A stretch of DNA of 64,000 nt from Amoebidium appalachense (lineage: Eukaryota > Protista > Ichthyosporea), in assembly GCA_963693365.1 (NCBI GenBank), contig CAVNZM010000003.1:4956472-5020471 (forward strand). The letters are read 5' to 3'. A model generated the notes under the pieces. The model was not told the DNA's origin. It worked only from the letters and a program-made list of their open reading frames with translations, and did no database searches. Below are positions 57,783-64,000 of the stretch, piece by piece (the first letter of the stretch is position 1; the number at the start of each line of letters is the position of its first letter). A program made the position numbers and the translations under genes.

Positions 57783-58810
57783 ATATCGATACCCAGTATT
57801 CTCACAGTATTACCCACTTTGAGCTCATGAGTCATGACTCATGAGACCGTTGATAGATGCACAAAGTGTCACGATTTCCAAAAGCTTCTGAATTTACGTA
57901 GCTCGTTGTCGTTTCTTCCTTTGTTTTGTTTTTTCCCCGTGGGGAAGGGCATTTTGCCATCGGGGGACGTTTGTGTGGGCTGTAGGAGTGACCATGAATC
58001 GGCATAATTCATGATAATTGGCGAGGTCTCGTTCCCGTGATCTATACATAGCCGAGTCCTGAACTTTTTCCTATGATCACGTTGAGATGTTCAATCGGAT
58101 TGAAAAAATAGCCGCCAGAGGCTGCGGCCGGCGCCGATATCGACACTGGGCTGGGCTACCTTTTTTTGAAGGGGACGGACTCAGTCTCCAAGGGGCGGCT
58201 GCAGACCACCATGAGTGATGAGGGGACCTCTCCTGCCCCTAAAAAGGACAGAGTACTACTCGGATAGATATGATAATGATCCGGATCCTATTTACAGTAT
58301 TTACGGTGGTTGGAGCTTGAGGGAACTGTTACAGTCATGATCAGGATTCGGCTGCATCCCACCCCTGGGCCAGCTCCCCCGGGCTCTCGGGATGATCATG
58401 ATTCATGAGTGACTACCACGGCCATCTACAAAAAATATATAGGTTTTTCTACATGGCCGTGGTGACTATATATATATGTATACTGACTTCCACCGAAGAT
58501 ACAACTTCGCATGCAATGAACTGCAATGTTAACGTTACTGCATGCCACAACGCAACGCGCACTGGTCAGACGTTCACGCGCACTGGTCAGACATTCAACG
58601 TTTGGCAGTGGCAGCCACTGATAACATATGCAGTATCGGCAGATGGCAGAGGCTCTGTTACAGCATCAGTGCAGTCACTGTGCACCAAAAATTGATAACA
58701 GCGTGAGTCACTGAGTGGGCAATTATAGGCTATTATTAGAACTGTAATACCAACGGCAACATGATTAATATTGACTTAATTATTCTATTTTTGGTGGGTG
58801 TATGTGTGTG

Positions 58811-60272
<1,462 letters not shown>

Positions 60273-60482
60273 ACGTTTAACTGGGATTCAACTGACTTGA
60301 TGTAAATCCCCGCTAAAACCATAGTACTGTCATACAATTCTGGTACCCAAATTACAGTTTTCAGGGCATCCGGAGGGGTGGGTGACTTGGTTGGGGGGGG
60401 GGGGGGGGGGAAGGGGGGGAGGGGGAGGAGGAGGAGGGGACAACCTACTCTGGGTGGCCCTGGTGTGTCTTCCCCCCCTCCA

Positions 60483-60516
<34 letters not shown>

Positions 60517-60718
60517 TGACCCCACCCACCCACCCACCACCACCACTGCCACCAAGGTTTCCAAATCAAACTTTCGCTCTATTAGCGCACATGTATGGCA
60601 TAATGATTGCCAAAGACACACAATTCCCGTTACAGTGAGACCTTTGAACAAAGCTTATAGAAGACACAGCGCACAATATCGATAAAAGCAAAAGTGTCGC
60701 ATAGATAAAGTTATTGGG

Positions 60719-60755
<37 letters not shown>

Positions 60756-61432
60756 GTGTTACTGACTAGAGCGTCTACTAATCCACAACTTAGCTTGGGC
60801 CAAGTGAAGCCTCCTCCTGCCCCCCTCCTCCCCCTCCCCCCCCCCCCCCCTGCCGCTGCTGTGCATCAGAAAGAAAGGGGAGGGGGGGGGGGGGGGGGGG
60901 AGGGGGGACGAAGGAAGTATACCAGGGCCCACGCGTCCAAGAACAGCCCAAAAGCCCTTGGGGAGACAAGCATTCTTGTGTCCGAATGAAAAATAAAGAG
61001 TGCATTATATTCATGAGAAAAACAAGGTATACATAAATGGTTTCAAGTGTTATTGAAAAGAAAGATACTGCAATCCTCTGCATTATACTATGATCACGGC
61101 ACGCAGGTTCTTTTGGGGAACCCTCTGGAGGGGGGGGGGGGGGTCTTTTATTTCTATTTTTAGTTTATTTATCAAATCAATGATTTATTTTATTTTATTT
61201 TATTGGGGGGAGGGGGGGGGGGGGGGGGGGGGAGGAGGTGGGGCAGGATGGAGGGGGGAGCACCCAGCCACCCCCAGCCCCCAGGCTGCTGGGGGAGATC
61301 TATGGGGTGGAGAGAGAAAAATGTGGACGATTTCGAGACTGGGTATTCTTCGGATTACATCTGCCCCCAGCTGCCCGGCTGGCCGGGGGTATACGTGTCA
61401 GTGTTCTTCCCCTTTCCCCCCCTGTCCTCCCC

Positions 61433-61482
<50 letters not shown>

Positions 61483-61801
61483 ACCCCCTCCCCCCTCCCC
61501 CGGGTCCCCTGCCTTCCCTCCTTACTCCCCTCCCTCCCCCCTCCGCAAATTAACCTTAGGGGTGGGATTCCCCTTTCGATCTCCCCCTCTATCCATCCCC
61601 CTCCCCCCCCTCCCCTCCCTCCCTCCCCCCTGCCTCCTCATTCCTCTCCCCCTGACTACTCCCTCCCCCAAACTTCTCCCTCGCTTCCCCCCACCCACCA
61701 ACTTCTTCATACTTACCCTTGTTCCGATCACCCGTTCAGAACTTGATGTATTCTAAACGTTTGTCGTGTGCTTGTAGTCTCTCTCGCTGTGTCTTCTCTA
61801 A

Positions 61802-62011
<210 letters not shown>

Positions 62012-63665
62012 GTGCGTTCCACTGTGTGTGCATGTGTTTGTGTGTGTGTGTATAATCTCAAGGTATGTGTATAAGCCCCCACCCACCCACCCTTTCCCGC
62101 CGCCCCGACTCTCATTCTATGTATCTGGGTGTTTATAATTCCTGCATGGCTCAGTACTGTCGGCACTTTCTGTGGTGTTTGAGGGTCCCGGCGGGGGGGA
62201 GAGGGAGGGGGGGGGGGGGAGGGGGGGGGAGGGGGGGGGGAGGGTGGTGGGGGGAGGGGGAGGGGGGAGGGAAGGGGCCGGGGGGAGGGGGGGGGGGGGG
62301 GGGTGGGTGGGTGGGGGGGGGACACCCGTAGGGTGTTACCTCTTTTGTTTTATTATTCTATTTTGGTTCGTGGAGGATAAATAAGCCTTTGGGTCCCAAT
62401 AGTGTGTTATCACATTTTTTTAGTTTTATTTTTTATCCCGTCTCACCTCACATAGGCTACCGTCTTCCACGTATCCCAGCCTATACCGCTAGGCAGGATC
62501 CGGATGGTATGCCTACATAAGAGTAATAATGCACCTATACAAGTTCCTACTTTGAAGTATACACTGACTAACATACACGCCAACCTAACTTAGTATATTA
62601 TTAGTGGGGAGTGTGTTATTACACTAACCCGACATTTTCAAGTAGTGAGTACCTAATATGAAAGGCCTGGAATTATGAGTGTGCTACATACTCTTGCTTG
62701 AACATTTGACATAGGGCCAAAAGATTATTACGCCTAGACCGGGACAGGATTCGGGAATCGGATAAAGTGAAATCTAATGAGCCGATCGGATCCGAAATTC
62801 CACCGCCTTAACAACAATAGAGCAAGGTTGGATCCGCAATTCCCCTAAAAAGTTGAATTTTCACTATTTGGTCAGAGCACGTCCGGAAGCAGGGGGTGCA
62901 AGAAAAGTGCTGACTTACGGCAAAAGTCCCTACTATTCTCGCCTGACTAGCAGAGTGTACACACTACAACTAACACGTACCTGGGCACACATGCATATGA
63001 ATGAGAGTATACGTGGGTGATCAGGCCACTAAACTAACAGACATAAACACGTGCAGAGTGGTGCTGGGCAATGCACGATGCCACCGCACTAACAGAGAGG
63101 GTAGTGTGGAGAGGTAGAAACACAGTTGCATGTCCTGTCAATCTATGTCTAATTTATTATGCTCGATTCTCACCTATTTATTTGCCGCAGGCAGATTCCA
63201 TGAATACAGATCTATCCAAAGGTATTTGCGCATCTGATTGGCAAATACTATGAATACTATAAATCTGACCAATCATATAACGACACGTACATGAACGGAA
63301 ATCAAACTGCATTCCCCTCGTACGGTTCAACCGCAGACAAAACACCCGACTACACAGAAAACATGAAAAGCATGCACAACAAATCGTCGGATGCGTGCTT
63401 TCCTCTCGCTATCGCCAATAGCTAAACAAACTATGAATACCACACGTGCCTAATGAATAACAGAGGGCAAACAAGAGCATGCCGGATGATGCTTATGAAA
63501 TAAAGGGAGATAAAGCACAAATAAACGATCGTACCTAACTATGTATGCTATGTGCTCGTGCAACCTGTGTAAACCAAAGATGTGCAACTAATGAAGAATC
63601 GTGCTGTGCACGTGCGTGCGAAATGCATATGCCAACTCGTGCACTATTGTTGTATATTCTGGCAA

Positions 63666-63696
<31 letters not shown>

Positions 63697-63737
63697 GGGA
63701 GGGAGGGAGGAAAGAACGAGGCGGAAGGTGTGTGTAT

Positions 63738-63768
<31 letters not shown>

Positions 63769-63837
63769 GGGGGGGGGGAGGGGACACACCTGCTCGGGCG
63801 AGGTGTTCGCCCTCCGCTATGAGTTGGAAAGAAAAAT

Positions 63838-64000
63838 ATGTGGCGTGAACACATTCATAATGGTTGACTCAGTATGTGAAGTGAACACATTCATAATGGT
63901 TGACTCAGTATGTGAAGTGAATACATTCATAATGGTTGAAATATGCGGCGTGAATACATAATAATGGTTGAAGAATGTGGAGTGAATACATTCATGTGGT
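63838..64000. repeat. 33-36-bp minisatellite (GTGAA(C/T)ACATTCATAATGGTTGA core), continuing past the window edge
   Basis: About five consecutive units are visible. Confidence 0.85.

Noticed and set aside
58211-58400. ATG in CACCATG context (MSDEGTSPAPKK...)
   Set aside because: It stops after 18 codons with no recognisable domain; at most a decayed fragment.
63838-64000. CRISPR-like 36-bp periodicity
   Set aside because: The units are contiguous with no unique spacers, there are no cas genes, and the context is eukaryotic.

Overview
Eukaryotic, intron-rich genomic DNA. Introns are packed with (CA/GT)n, (CT)n and poly-C/G tracts, so most ORFs in the supplied track are microsatellite artefacts. 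Syntenin-like PDZ and pTyr-motif genes suggest a holozoan-like opisthokont (inference). Manual splicing recovers: (1) a minus-strand gene with a Cys/His-rich N-terminal domain and a Pro/Gly/Gln, Tyr-motif-rich tail that runs off the left edge; (2) a 14-exon mitochondrial t6A enzyme gene (OSGEPL1/Qri7/TsaD-like) with a 4-nt-deleted tRNA-Asp in one intron; (3) a syntenin-like tandem-PDZ gene plus an inverted degenerate duplicate; (4) a LicD/fukutin-like gene; (5) two intronless genes, a Ser/Thr kinase with HRD changed to HRY and a secreted PL14-type polysaccharide lyase. The mobile DNA includes an APE-RT LINE with an intact ORF2, apparently nested in a Helitron, and a second 5'-truncated LINE copy with a TSD and no poly(A) tail. 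There is also a second Helitron-like 3' end whose body would extend toward the kinase, several hAT-type MITEs with 8-bp TSDs, a probable solo LTR inside a GT repeat, and a dispersed ~140-nt intronic repeat family. All calls are from reading the sequence; no database searches were run.
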